The notes beneath the pieces were generated by a model that saw nothing but the letters and a program-made list of their open reading frames with translations, was not told where the DNA came from and did not search any database. From the NCBI GenBank assembly GCA_003971905.1, contig RSEE01000053.1, forward strand, positions 372,001 through 436,000: a DNA stretch of 64,000 bases, read 5' to 3'. Every line of letters starts with the position of its first letter. Position 1 is the first letter of the stretch. Source of the stretch: Moniliella sp. 'wahieum' (lineage: Eukaryota). A program made the position numbers and the translations under genes. Of the stretch, positions 49,256 through 61,172 are shown piece after piece.

Positions 49256-49341
49256 CGCCCCACGTGGGACTCGAACCCACAACCGTGAGATGGACCTCTT
49301 GTAGTAAGAGTCTCAAATTCTACCGATTGAAATAGCGAGGC
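49256..49341 (-). tRNA. tRNA-Lys(CTT) with a 13-nt intron
   Basis: GCCTCGC/GTGGGGC acceptor stem; TGAGA-CTCTTA-intron-A-TCTCA; GTGGG-TTCGAGT-CCCAC. Confidence 0.9.
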
Positions 49342-49981
49342 AGTTGCTCTTTTCCCTGTCTCTCGGGTCAGCTCATACCGTATGCTGTGAAGCTACCGAC
49401 CCTGGCACAATTCTCCCACGTGCATTCTTCATTTTCATTCCGACGGCCTTCTGTCCTTCACAGTGAGGTTTCGCCAGTCTTCCACAGCTAGTATCTCGTA
49501 GTCCGAATCGGAACGAAGCTTAGTAAATATTGAAGGCATATTGCTAATCAGAATAGAGACTGAACAAGAGGCTCTGTTCGTCCATCCTCATTGTCCGATG
49601 GATCTCCACAGGTCTCCGCCTCTCGGGCAGCAAGGGAACGCGGTTACCTCGATTCCATGTCTCCAAAGGCAAGGAGGCGTGGACTGGAGCAAGAAGCAGA
49701 CGGTCTGTCGTGTCTGACCCACTCACTCTTGGGGGACGGATAGAACCCAGAAGAATGGCGAATGACCATGTCCGATGCTTGATTGTTGATTCATGATTGG
49801 TTCGATTGAAAGTTGGATGGCATCCGATGAGTGCTGTGAGTCAATAGTCACTACACATTTCACTAGAACGACAGGACTACTAGCCTCACAAGCGGACTTA
49901 AGATATGCGCGCGCAGGCCAGCGCCTTCGTCTGGCGAGCCAAGTCGCCCGCCACCATCGGCTTGGAAGCTTGATCTGTGCC

Positions 49982-51646
49982 ATGCTCGCTACCCAGACCG
50001 CCACGCCCATCGGCTACTTGCGCGACGATGCCAACCTTCTAGCGACGATTGGCGGCCGCACTGCCTCGCGGCCTGTGGGCTTGCTCCGGTGCCAGGTTGA
50101 TCCGCTGCAACAGACGATGGACACGACGCTTGTCGACGCGCGTCTGGCTCCCCAGCTGCCCTTCAAGCCTGGCAAGAAGGGCAAGGCTTCCGCCCCCCCG
50201 AGAAGCCTAAGCAGGAGGATGATGCAGCCACCTACCACGTTCTTTTGGCCGATACCGTTCTGTTCCCCGAGGGTGGGGGACAGCCATCGGACCGCGGCAC
50301 GCTGCGGATCGGGGAACATCAATGGCCCGTCGTAGATGCCGTTCGCCTTGGCCTGGACGCGATCCATGTTGTGCGTGTGCCGAAGGGAGAGGAGGTCTAC
50401 CTCACCAAGGGTGCCCAGGTGCAGCTCACCGTCGACTGGGACCGGCGAACGGACCATATGGACCAGCATACGGGCCAACACCTCCTCTCGGATCTGTTGG
50501 AGCAACTGCCGACGCCCATCCCTACGCTCGCGTGGTCATTGACCACGTACCCTCAGCCATGCTATGTCGAGTTGCCTCGCGCCCCGACCGAGGCGGAGCT
50601 AGCGCTGGTCTCGGAGCGTATCAGGCAGAGTATCAGTGGCAACCGATCGGTCCAAGTGGAGGTGGCGGCGATGCACGCCGTGCCGCGTCCCGAAAAGTTG
50701 CCAGAAGATTATGCTGGTACCCATCTGAACGAGGAAGGCGTCGTGCGCACCGTCACGCTCGAAGGCTTAGCCCCCAACCCATGCTGTGGAACCCATTGGC
50801 CGTCCCTGGCGCCTCTGCGCTTGATTCACATCCTGCCCACCACCACCAAGGTACGCGGGACCAATGTGCGTCTCTACTTTGCGGTGGGAGAGCGGGCGGT
50901 GCAGAACCTGGTTCCTGCCTTCAACACAGCTACGGAACTCGCAAGGATGCTGGATGCCTCGCGCACCGAAGCGCCCGCGCGGCTCGAAGCATTGTTGCAG
51001 CGTGAACGGGCGCTGCGGAAACGTGAAGCTCGGTTGCGCGAAGAAGTAGCAGTGGACTTGGCCGAACAAATCCTTTCCCATCTCTCGCTCCCTCCCCTCC
51101 CTCCCGTGCCCCCCTCGGAGGTGATTCTGACTACTTTGCTACTCGCAAAGCCGCGCTCGACGGCGCCGCCAGCATCGCTTGCTTCCGTGGGCCTTCAGCT
51201 GTAGCGATCGAAGTGTACCGTTCCGATGCGGATGCTGAGCTGCTGGCGGCGGTAGGGAAAGAAGTAAGTGCGGCGTACGAACAAGGCGGGGCGTTGCCTC
51301 CGCTCCTCCTTGCCCTTCGAAGCGGCCCCACCGCGCCACACCTTCCCCTGGCCCAATCCAACGCAAGTGCCACCCTGGTCCTGATGGGTCTGTCTCCTCT
51401 CTCTCCTTCGAGCGCCGAGGATGGGAAGGGCAAAAAGACCAAGATGCCCACCGCCGGGGAAAGTCTGGTGGCTGCCGCTGCGGACCGGCTGCGTGCTTCG
51501 GAGCTGGGCAAGCGGGTTAAGGGCGGGGGGAAGGGACGGTGGCAGGGCAAACTGGTTGCTGCGGCGGCAGGGGAGGCGGCGCGGTGGGAGCCCGAGGAGG
51601 CTCACGTGTTGACCAGCTGCTGCGCGCGACGGTGGGGGCCGAGTAA
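49982..51646 (+). CDS. Free-standing alanyl-tRNA editing protein (AlaX/AARSD1-like)
   Basis: DTVLFPEGGGQPSD, RRTDHMDQHTGQHLLS, NPCCGTH and C-terminal KGGGKGRWQGK; frameshifts. Confidence 0.9.
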
Positions 51647-52321
51647 GACTGCGACTAAGAACCAAGACGGACGGACAAAGACAGTACAACTGGGGTTTCG
51701 GATTCGGATTTCGCGTGGTGGGTGGGCTGGAGCCAAACAACATTGGCCCTTGGCCCAGGTTGTATGATTGCCATGGCTGGGGACGCGGCGCGAAGCATCT
51801 GCCCCATCCTATACACCAATCCCAGCGATCCCATTTGGAGCAGATGATAGAACCACATTGCACAACTGGGCGGTCAGGTCGATGCCCTCAAGGAAAGGGA
51901 ATCCAGTTCGTCCAGTCGTTGCGATGGGGGACCCCGTGGGACACAGGAAGGAGTTGGGCGTGCAGACGACGGGATGGGGGCTGGCCCCTGGATAGATCGT
52001 GTAGCGAAGTGCTTGATCGACTTGTAATTGAGCGGCAGCCGGGCGGCTTGCGCGCTTAGCGCGCTCAGCTGGGCCTGAAGCAGTGGCGAGCCAAGTCATC
52101 GATCATCGGTCGATTGTCCTGATTAATGAGCCAGACTATCGAATGTCGATTGCGATGATCCATCGCTGATCGACCCTGGCGAATGAATCCCGTTCGTTTA
52201 TCTAGGTTTGATTGGGCGCTTTTGGACAATACGTTAAGCCAACCCGGCGGGGTTCCTTCTCGGTCCAAAAGATCAATCCGCGCCCTCCCTCCCTCCATCC
52301 ATCTACCACCACGGCACGAAC

Positions 52322-53990
52322 ATGACGATGGCCACGCTGGGAGCCAACGGCAGGGTGGCTGCGACGGCAACGCGGTGCTGGACATGTGGGAGGCATGCAA
52401 CAAGACTGATACGCTCTTTGTCATGTTCTGCGCTGGTACGTCCCCTGGCTACTTTTCGCGTCTGCGTGCGCTTGCGCTTGTGCAGCGCCTCGCGAGCGTG
52501 TGGATGGCTGCCACGGACCCTGACTGCTGAATCTGTGATCAGCGACCTGCTGGCTCGTTATCCCAGCCATCGGCATGGCCTACAGCGGCTATTCTGTCCG
52601 CCGCAACGGCCTGGCCAGCTATCTTCCTTCCTTGATCGCACTCGCCCTCACCTCGCTGCAATGTACGTCCCTGGTGTTACCTTGTCCCCAACACTGACAC
52701 TGCGCCTCTGAAGGGTGGGGATGGGGCTACTCCCTTGCCTTTTCTGAGGGCAACGCGCTGATCGGCGACTTGAAGTACCTGTTTCATCGCGGGGTACTCT
52801 CCGAGCCCGTTGGTACCATCCCCGCTGTGCTCTTTTCTTTTTTCCAGCTCCTGTTCTGTGCCACGGTGGCTGCGATGAGCATGGGGGGCGGGACGGAACG
52901 GATCCGGCTGATTGCCCTCGTGCCCCTCGTGCTGCTCTGGACCACGTTCGTCTACTGCCCCTTGGCGCACATGGTGTGGACCGAGCAAGGCCTGCTCGCT
53001 CGGTTGGGCGTGTACGATTTTGCGGGGGGTACCGTGGTGCACATTCTATCCGGAGCCAGTGCGACTGCCATCTCAGTGTATCTGTCCCATCCGATCGGAC
53101 GGAGCAAGAAAAGCTCCACCCGTACCCCAGCCCACCTCCAGCTGCACAAGCCCCACAACATCCAATGGATGCTGCTTGGCATGATCCTTATCTGGTCCTG
53201 CTGGCTGCCCTTTGAATCGGGCACCGCACTCGCACTCAACTTCAAAGCGGTCATGGCCTTTGTTGTGACCAACTTTGCCGCTGCCTCAGGGAGCGTGACA
53301 TGGGCACTGTGGACTTGTATGTTCTCCCCTCCCCCTCTCAACCTACCATCACCGTTCGGCGGGACACCGAAGTGAGAGGCTCGAACAAGAAAGACTGACG
53401 CATGCGTGACAGACATGGAGGAGAAACGCTGGTCGCTGGACGCGGCGATGCTGGGGATGATGTCTGGTTTGGTGATGATCACGCCGGCGGGAGGGTTTGT
53501 GGGGGTGACGGATGCGGTCCTGTTGGGGGTGCTGGGAACGTGTTTGATCCGCCAAATGCTTCGGTACAAGTTCTCGGGGCATGCGCAGTCGGTGCGATGG
53601 GTGGACCCGGCGGATGTGTTTGCGACACATGCGTTTGGCGGCGTGGTAGCCACCTTGTTGACGGGTGTATTTGCCAGCAAGGAGGTGGCCAGTTGGGATG
53701 GCGAGACAGTGATCCCGGGCGGGGTGCTGTACGATGGTCACACTGTCCAACTCGTCATCCAATTCGTTGAGGCATGCGTCGGAGCCACCTGGGCATTTGG
53801 CGCGACGTACTTGTTTATGGTGCTGATTGACCAGGTGCCCGGCCTGGAGGTGCTGGCGACCGATGAGGACCTCAAAGTCGGCATGGACGCTGCACAGCTT
53901 TTGGAGTCTCTTTCGGGTGACCACGCGCAAGACGAGGCGGACTACCACCGCATGGCCACCTCGAGGGTCAAGTTGCACTGTGACATGTGA
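52322..53990 (+). CDS. Ammonium transporter (Amt/Mep family)
   Basis: GYSLAF, FFQLLF, YCPLAHMVW, DFAGGTVVH, GLVMITPAGG and DVFATHAFGG; introns ~52437-52542, ~52663-52713 and ~53318-53413; start uncertain. Confidence 0.93.
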
Positions 53991-56665
53991 GTGATAAGAT
54001 AATCATCTCTCCGTTCAGTGTCACGGGGGGGCGAGAGCCGGCGTGGGCGTGGGCATAACCAAAAGTCCATGTCATCCAGGATCGCCGTAGGGCACTCTAT
54101 TACAGGCTCAACGTGCTCAACGCTTCTCCAGAGCCCAAACCGTCTTCAATGCTGCAAAACAGAAAGACATATGCTTGCTCTGTGTCATGGTATGGCGTAT
54201 ACTATAAGACCTAAGGCCCAAAGCCAGAAGCTGCCCCCGCCAGGAACTAGAGACTAAAGTAACGATAGTTGCAGGTTGGGTTAGCTACCCCAGGATGAGA
54301 TCGATGGCTGTGGCGTCCTCGCGCTCTCTTTGAGCCAAGAGGGGGTGGGGTAGCGGGAAATCGCATTCGCTCCAGGCGAGTCTTCGGAGACTTAAAGCTT
54401 AACATGTGACAGGGGACCAGAGACTGAGTCGTGAGCAGCACCCACGTGCCACATCTCTGTCCCAGTATTAGGGAGGAGAGGAGGACCACATGTTTTCAGT
54501 CAGTACTCAGTCTGAGTACTCAGTCCGCATGGGAAGCGTTCCGTAACGCGCGCTCTTTCGTGGCCTCCGTCAAGCCCATTTCCTCTCAGTTTTTGTTACT
54601 CTTACTTGCCGAGCTACACCTCTCTGCTTTCGCCCCAGCTCGGCCTGCTCTCTCCCTTCCAAGTGTTCTCGGTGTTGTGCTTGCATACTGAGACCAGGGC
54701 TGCCAGCGGACTTGTTTCGAGGGATTCGGCCAGGGTCACAACCGTGGCAGTCGCCAGCCTCGGACCTCAGCGCGTTCGTTCAGATCTCAGAGGTTGAGAG
54801 GGGTAATGCGGTAAAATGTCTAATGCTTGACTTGCGATGCTGAGTGCTCGCTGGCGCTCCTAGACTGAGGTCTCAGGTCCTCAGGCAGACTGAACATGTC
54901 CCAGACCACATACAGCCGGCCTCTGTCTCCGCGGAGGTGTGGTATGCACTGAAATCCGTGCGGTATGCCGCCTCTTCGTTGGTAGTGTGTGCCCTTGAGG
55001 TGTGGAAAAATGTGCCTCCCTTTTGTCTATGATCCGCATGCTTCATAGGACTGCACCACCTTCCCCGTGAGTATCCGCGTGACCCTAAGCGGCAAGCCCC
55101 GTCTGCTGTGATGGTCTCTGCAGTCCCGGTCACCGGTTACCGGGTACCGACAACCGATAATCGGATCCATAATCGGATTGATAACCGATTTAATGACAGG
55201 TCGTCACCGGCTCACCGACAATTGATCGACCTAGGCGCTCCCCTTGCCACGTGCAGCAGCAAGACGGGTGTCACGTGGTGCAGGCTCAGCGCTCAGTGTA
55301 AGCTGAGGACGTTGGAAGTTCCATGTAGGAACAGCACAAACGAGTACATGTGGCTCCAAGCTCCAAGCTTCAGGCTTTGCTTCATCAACCATTCATGTCC
55401 ACATCCATCATCCATCGTTGCCACAAGGGTTGTCTCCAGCCCGTGAAAGGGACTCGTCTGAGTACTTACTCAGTACTGACGTACATACTGACGTCCTCGC
55501 ACCCACTCAAGCACAACTCGCCTATGCAGATGATCAACGATTAACGATTAACATTCTTTCGACGTACTTCAAGCTTCAAGCTTCAAGCTTAACGTACTGG
55601 CGAATGTCCCCCCATGCTTCTCGCGAGTCGCTGCTAGCCAATCGCGTGGAAGGCGCTCGAGGAAGCCTGAGGTGGATCAGATCATCGATCAGGTGGCTCC
55701 TTTGCCTGTATCTGGGGCTTTGAGTGTCGGTGCCCGTTCCGACGCGGAAGACGAAAACAGTCTCTGCGTGCGTTCATCGTTGAACGTTAAACGTCAAGTA
55801 CGTTAAGCGGACACGTCGAACGCTGATCGTCAAACGTCTCCATCAGGCATCGCATCCATCATCAGATCTCAGATTGCGTTACCATCTTCAGCTACCCGCG
55901 CTACGTTCAGCTGAGCGTTGTTCAGCGGTTCGGCAGTGTACCATGCACCAACGTACTCATCGTACTCGCCCTACCGATCCTTTACGCCCACGCGCCCTCG
56001 GTTAAAGACGTTAAACGTTAAACGCTAAGGCGCTAAGGTCGAATAAGGCCCTGGGGGCGGGGGGGGGCTGACTCAGGCTCACAGGCCCCAGGGGCATCAA
56101 GCGATCACAGCCTTCAAGTGAAGCCTCATTTGAAGCTCCAAGGTCGTCAGGGTCTTCCCTATTACCTTTCTTGGCGTATATACGCACTGCAGTGGCTCGT
56201 CGGCATCGATAATCATATCATCGTACTGCGTCGCCCCCACGACATGCACGTCACGCGTCATGCATGCCACATTGATGCCAACACCAGAGGACAGCTTGGT
56301 GTACACACAAAACATATGTACACCAGTAGCGAATGGCCGCGGAGGGACAAGTATCATCCTATCGCGAGACCCTGACGATGTCCTAGTAGCTCTGCGGAAC
56401 CACGCGGTATAGTAGCCATGCAATATGCCCCGTCGCAGCATCCCATTTGCATCCTCGTCTTCGTCTTTCTCTTGATGCTCATCCTCACCCTCATCCATCC
56501 CACCATCGACACAGCCGCTTTCGCGCCCCAACTGTCCCCCTCCTATCGCCTTTTCGCAGCAGCCCCTGGCCGTTTGCCCTCACTACATCTTCACTCTCCA
56601 TCACTCTCTTCCACCGCGTCATCTTTCCGTTTCTCCCACCCCCAACCCCTACTTTGTTTGCCAAC

Positions 56666-58118
56666 ATGCCCCCGCACGCGCTGGGCGCGGCGTTTGCTGC
56701 CTCAGCTTCCTCCTCCTCCGCCGGTTCCACCTCAACACTCAATCCCTCCTTCCATGAGCAGGATGTCTTCTCTCGAATCTTCCGCCGCGCTCGCGGTCTC
56801 CCTTGTTCTTTCGTACGTCTCGTCCTCTCCTTGCTCTGTGCTCATCATTGTTAGCACATATATATCCGTTTCATCTTGCCTGGTGGAGAGGAGAGCTAAA
56901 ACTGACCCCTCCAGCGCAGAGGCGTGATCCTGTGGGAATGAGTTGTCAGTCTTCCAGGCGACATTAAATACGTCTTTTACCCCGAGACGATCCGTGTGCT
57001 TGGCCCGTTTCTTCCCAATGGGCGCAAGCGGCACCGTGCCCCTGCCCTGGTTAGTGTCCTGCTCCTGGTGATTCGACTGCTGGCGCTTCCCATTGTAGGG
57101 CTCATGCTTGCATCCTATTACACCTCTACTCGATGCCAAGCGTACTCCCGCGCCTACACCATCATGATGGGCGTCTGCTCCGTTGCCTGCCAAAGCCTGT
57201 TTGGGGTCCGCAGTCTCTCGTGCATTTCTATTCCAAACTACCGCACTGCCCTTGCGTACATTTGGAGCATCTCCCTCTTCTGTCTCTTGGGTGCTTGGAT
57301 CGCATTTGGTGCATTGGTACATCAGGAAGAGTACGTATCCTAACCCCTCTCCACCCCGACCATGCCTCCATGGTCAACGCTGATTGTGGCATCTTTGCAG
57401 GTTGCCCATGCGCTGGCCCGACAATTATTCGATTGGGTTTCAATGTGCGGCCCCCAATGCCAACGTTCCTCTCGGCATTGTCACGTACGCAGGGACGTTT
57501 GTGCTGGACATGAGTTTTTTGGTGACAACCATCATTGCGTTTACCGAGCGAGCGCAGCCCAACCTCGCTCCTGCTTCGCCCCGCGCCCAAACCAAGCCTG
57601 TGAAATGGGCTGGATTTCGGATCCGTGCCCTGTCGGCCGTCACGCGGCAGTTCCTTACCGACCAATGGATCTTCTTCCTGGTCGCCATCATCCTTGAGGT
57701 ATTCAACATTATCTACTCGGCGTATATGACGCTGCATGAGAACAACTCAGTTTTGGGTTCCATCTTCCCCATTCACGCCGCTCTTTCGCTCTGCTTGGGC
57801 CCACGGACGGTCGTGTCGCTGAAACGTGTGTCGCAAGTGAAGGTTTCCCAAGGTTCTTCTGACCCCTTGAAAAGTCACCCTCAGTTCCCCGTCATCACCA
57901 CGGTCCATCGTTCCATGTACGACGATATGGAAATGGAAGTGCAGGCACCAGTACGGGAAAAAACCGAAAAGGCCGACGACCCCGAACTCGCCGTCGTCTG
58001 CCAAACCACTGTGGAAGTATGGTCCGATCAACCTACTTCCAGTACCCGAGCCGCCCCCTCATTCGACTCTCACTCGACCCCTCATGTTGTTACTCAACAG
58101 GTACCACGAAACATCTGA
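56666..58118 (+). CDS. Multi-pass membrane protein of unknown function
   Basis: Several hydrophobic segments followed by a polar tail; GTACGT-initiated introns near 56813 and 57331. Confidence 0.6.
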
Positions 58119-58875
58119 TACCCCCCCTCCCTCTCCCCTCCTCTCCGCTTAGCGCACGACCTCTGCGTCAGCGCGCAGGCCCGCCCTCCCTCGTTGTCCC
58201 CGAGCGCATGATCGGGAATGTAGTACCATATAATGTGGATATATGATCGTTTTGTTGCCCTCTTCTCTCGATCTCCGCTGCGTGGTTTGGTGCTGGGGTG
58301 AAACCTTGTGCGGGGGTTTGACCCTTGTGATGTTTCCATCCCTTTTGCCTGCTCCACCTGACGACTGCCGTGTCTCTCCGTGCTGCAGCTGCACACCCTC
58401 GGCCCCCTGCCCCCATATACACATCGAGTACCGAAGGCAGAGTGCATGAAAGGGGCATAGAATGGCTCGCTTATCATTTTTGCTGACGTTGACCATGTGG
58501 CCCTGCACCTGCTCTGGGACCTGGTCCACGTGGTTGTGGATGAACGTGTGCACCCCTACCTCGTTGCATGAAAGGCTGGATGGATGGATGGAGGGGGGAT
58601 GGGCACGGCACGAGAAGGCAAGGCAGACAGGGCAGGGCACGGAGTGGCGTGTGGGTGCTGAAGCCAAGGCGGCGCTTCAACAGCTCCAACAGGGGTAGAT
58701 GGGGTGGAAGGACAGCGGGGTAAACGGGAAGTGCTCCACGTCAAGTTTTGTTCACGCGTCACGCGTCACGCGCTCGCTCGCTTGCGTTCCGTTCCGCCCT
58801 GCCAAACTTTTTGCCTCTTCGCTGGGCTTGGTCTGGAAATGGAGATTGGACGGGACGCCGAGGCAGCCGAGGAAG

Positions 58876-60611
58876 ATGGCGCGGCCACTTGAGCTCAAGA
58901 CTGCGCCCACCGAGCCCGGAGCACCGAAACGATCGCAGGCTGCAGCCCCCGCAAATGGGTAGGTCGGCTTCCGCGCCCGGCCCCCGTCTCCTGGTGGGGG
59001 CTCGTTCGGGCTCCTTTTTTCCTTCCCCCGCGTGTCTGCTGTCTGGGCCACTGACATTCGCACCGCAGGCAAGAGGAAAGCCCCGCCGACGAGCGGCAGC
59101 AATGCCAAGGCCAGCTCCAAGCGTGCGTGCTTTCCGTCGCTGGTTGGGCGACCCGGAATCTACTACACTGCTCCGAGGGGCAAGGAAGCACGGGCGGGAC
59201 AGGACCTGCTCCAGATCTTGCAACACGTACGTCGCGTCTTCCTTTCTTCCTCCCTTCCTCCCTTCCCCTTTGCCTCCATGCCTGCACGCCCTATACTCGA
59301 CGCGGGTGCACACCCAGGTACCCCGAACCAGAGGATCTAACAATGGGATGGTGGGTTGAAACAGGCCATTGAGCATGTGTATCCTTCCTCGTCGGCCCCG
59401 GCCCCGAAGCAGAACGAAAAGTCCACCCAAAAAGGAGACGAGGCCGACGAGCTGGAACGCGAGTTGGCCCAGCTCCGTGCAGAGCGGGGAACCAAATCGG
59501 TACCAAACCCAAACCCAAACCCAACGGTCTCGAACTCTTACCTTTGAGCAACATCGATTGCGGTATGTTCCCCATCTATCTGTTCTTAGCCCCCCCCCCT
59601 CCGCTTCCATGAGCCTTCTGTGGCCCTGCTACGATGCAACGATGCAACGATGCAACGATGCAACGATGCAACGATGCAACGATGCAACGATGCAACGATG
59701 CAACGATGCAACGATGTAACGATGCGATGTTGGATGGCACTGACGCACGCATGACCCAGTGGGCTTCATCGCCACGCCGCCCGAGTACGATCCGCGTCGG
59801 CTGGCCAAGCACGTGCTCCACACGGCACTGCAAGAGGGCAAGACATATTCGCGCTTTGTCCTGCGTCTCACGCCTGTGGTGGGCACGGTACGTGCCGAAC
59901 CCGAGGCCGTGCGCGGCTTGGCGGCCGAAGCGTGCCGAGGGGTTACTCCCGTTCGCTCTTCCGCCCTTTCTGGCTCCTCTGTCAATCCCCGCGCTTCCCC
60001 AGCCCCCGTCCCAGCACCCGATGCAGCGCCCGATGCAGCGCCCGATCACGATGCAGCCCATGAGGAGGCACCAGGGCAGGCGAACCACCCCATGAGCGCC
60101 GACGTGATCACGTTTAAGATTGAGCCGCGGGTCCGCAGCTCGGCGCCGTTGGAGCGGGAGGAACTGATTCGTTTGGTGGGCGCATCGGTACCGAGCGGAT
60201 GGAAGGCGCAGTTGGCCCAGCCTGATGTCTGGTTGCTCGTCGAGACGGCCCGGGTACGTTGCGTTATCTCGTGTTGTGTTGTGTTGTGTTGTGTTGTGTT
60301 GTGTTATCTTGGGGGAGAGGGGGGGAGGGGCGTTGTTGGTCCCCGTTCCTCCCTCGTCCATGTGACATGCTACACGCTACCTCCGGTGCCCTGAGCCATG
60401 GGCGGTGTGTTGTCTGAGTCTGGAACTGACGCTGTGCATGTTTACTTTCAGGCCTACGTCTCCATTGGCGTCCTGGACGAGTTTGATCGGCTGGGCAAAT
60501 ACAATCTGCAAACCTGTGCCGAATGGGGGCGCAAGAGGTCGGCTGCAAACACCGAGTAAAGGGGGGCACGGGGGCACCAACGGCATTGCCGAGACAACGA
60601 CAAACGAATAG
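58876..60611 (+). CDS. TAN1: THUMP-domain tRNA acetylation cofactor
   Basis: PGIYYTAPRGKEARA, ELERELAQLR, YSRFVLRLTPV, FKIEPRVR and AQLAQPDVWLLVE; four apparent introns. Confidence 0.85.
59630..59725. repeat. (ACGATGCA)n octamer repeat inside a TAN1 intron
   Basis: About 11 units within intron 59563-59759. Confidence 0.95.
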
Positions 60612-60902
60612 GCCGCACAGACACGGCGTCCACATGGGCACCCAGCGCAGTGCGGCCACAGCCCCAAGCAGCGCGACCAGGTCAACAATCCTACGCCTCG
60701 ACGCCGCACGGCCAGCAAGGGCGACGATGGCGTGGGTTATTGGCGGCCACCGCAGCAGCCGTCCCGCTTGGTATCAAACACGTCAACCGCGTTCCTTTTT
60801 GGCACAGTACCCACGTCGCCATAGCCCCCCCCCCCCCCTGTGTAGAGGTTCTGTTTGTACAAGCGCTGTAGTTCTTGGAGGTGCCAACCTTTGTTCTCCC
60901 AT

Positions 60903-61132
60903 CCATCTCCATCTCCGTCTCCATCTCCATCTCCATCTCCATCTCCATCTCCATCTCCATCTCCATCTCCATCTCCATCTCCATCTCCATCTCCATCTCC
61001 ATCTCCATCTCCATCTCCATCTCCATCTCCATCTCCATCTCCATCTCCATCTCCATCTCCATCTCCATCTCCATCTCCATCTCCATCTCCATCTCCTCCA
61101 TCTCCATCTCCATCTCCATCTCCATCTCCATC
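60903..61132. repeat. (CATCTC)n microsatellite
   Basis: About 38 units between convergent gene ends. Confidence 0.97.
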
Positions 61133-61172
61133 CCCCCCATCTCTCTGTACATGGTGCGAGGCAGTGGATAGA

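Noticed and set aside
59630..59725. Regular repeat resembling a CRISPR array
   Set aside because: Pure 8-bp tandem repeat with no spacers, inside a spliceosomal intron; no cas genes
49256..60611. Functional cluster of tRNA-related genes (tRNA-Lys, AlaX, TAN1)
   Set aside because: Unrelated genes are interspersed and no shared regulatory element is seen; likely coincidence
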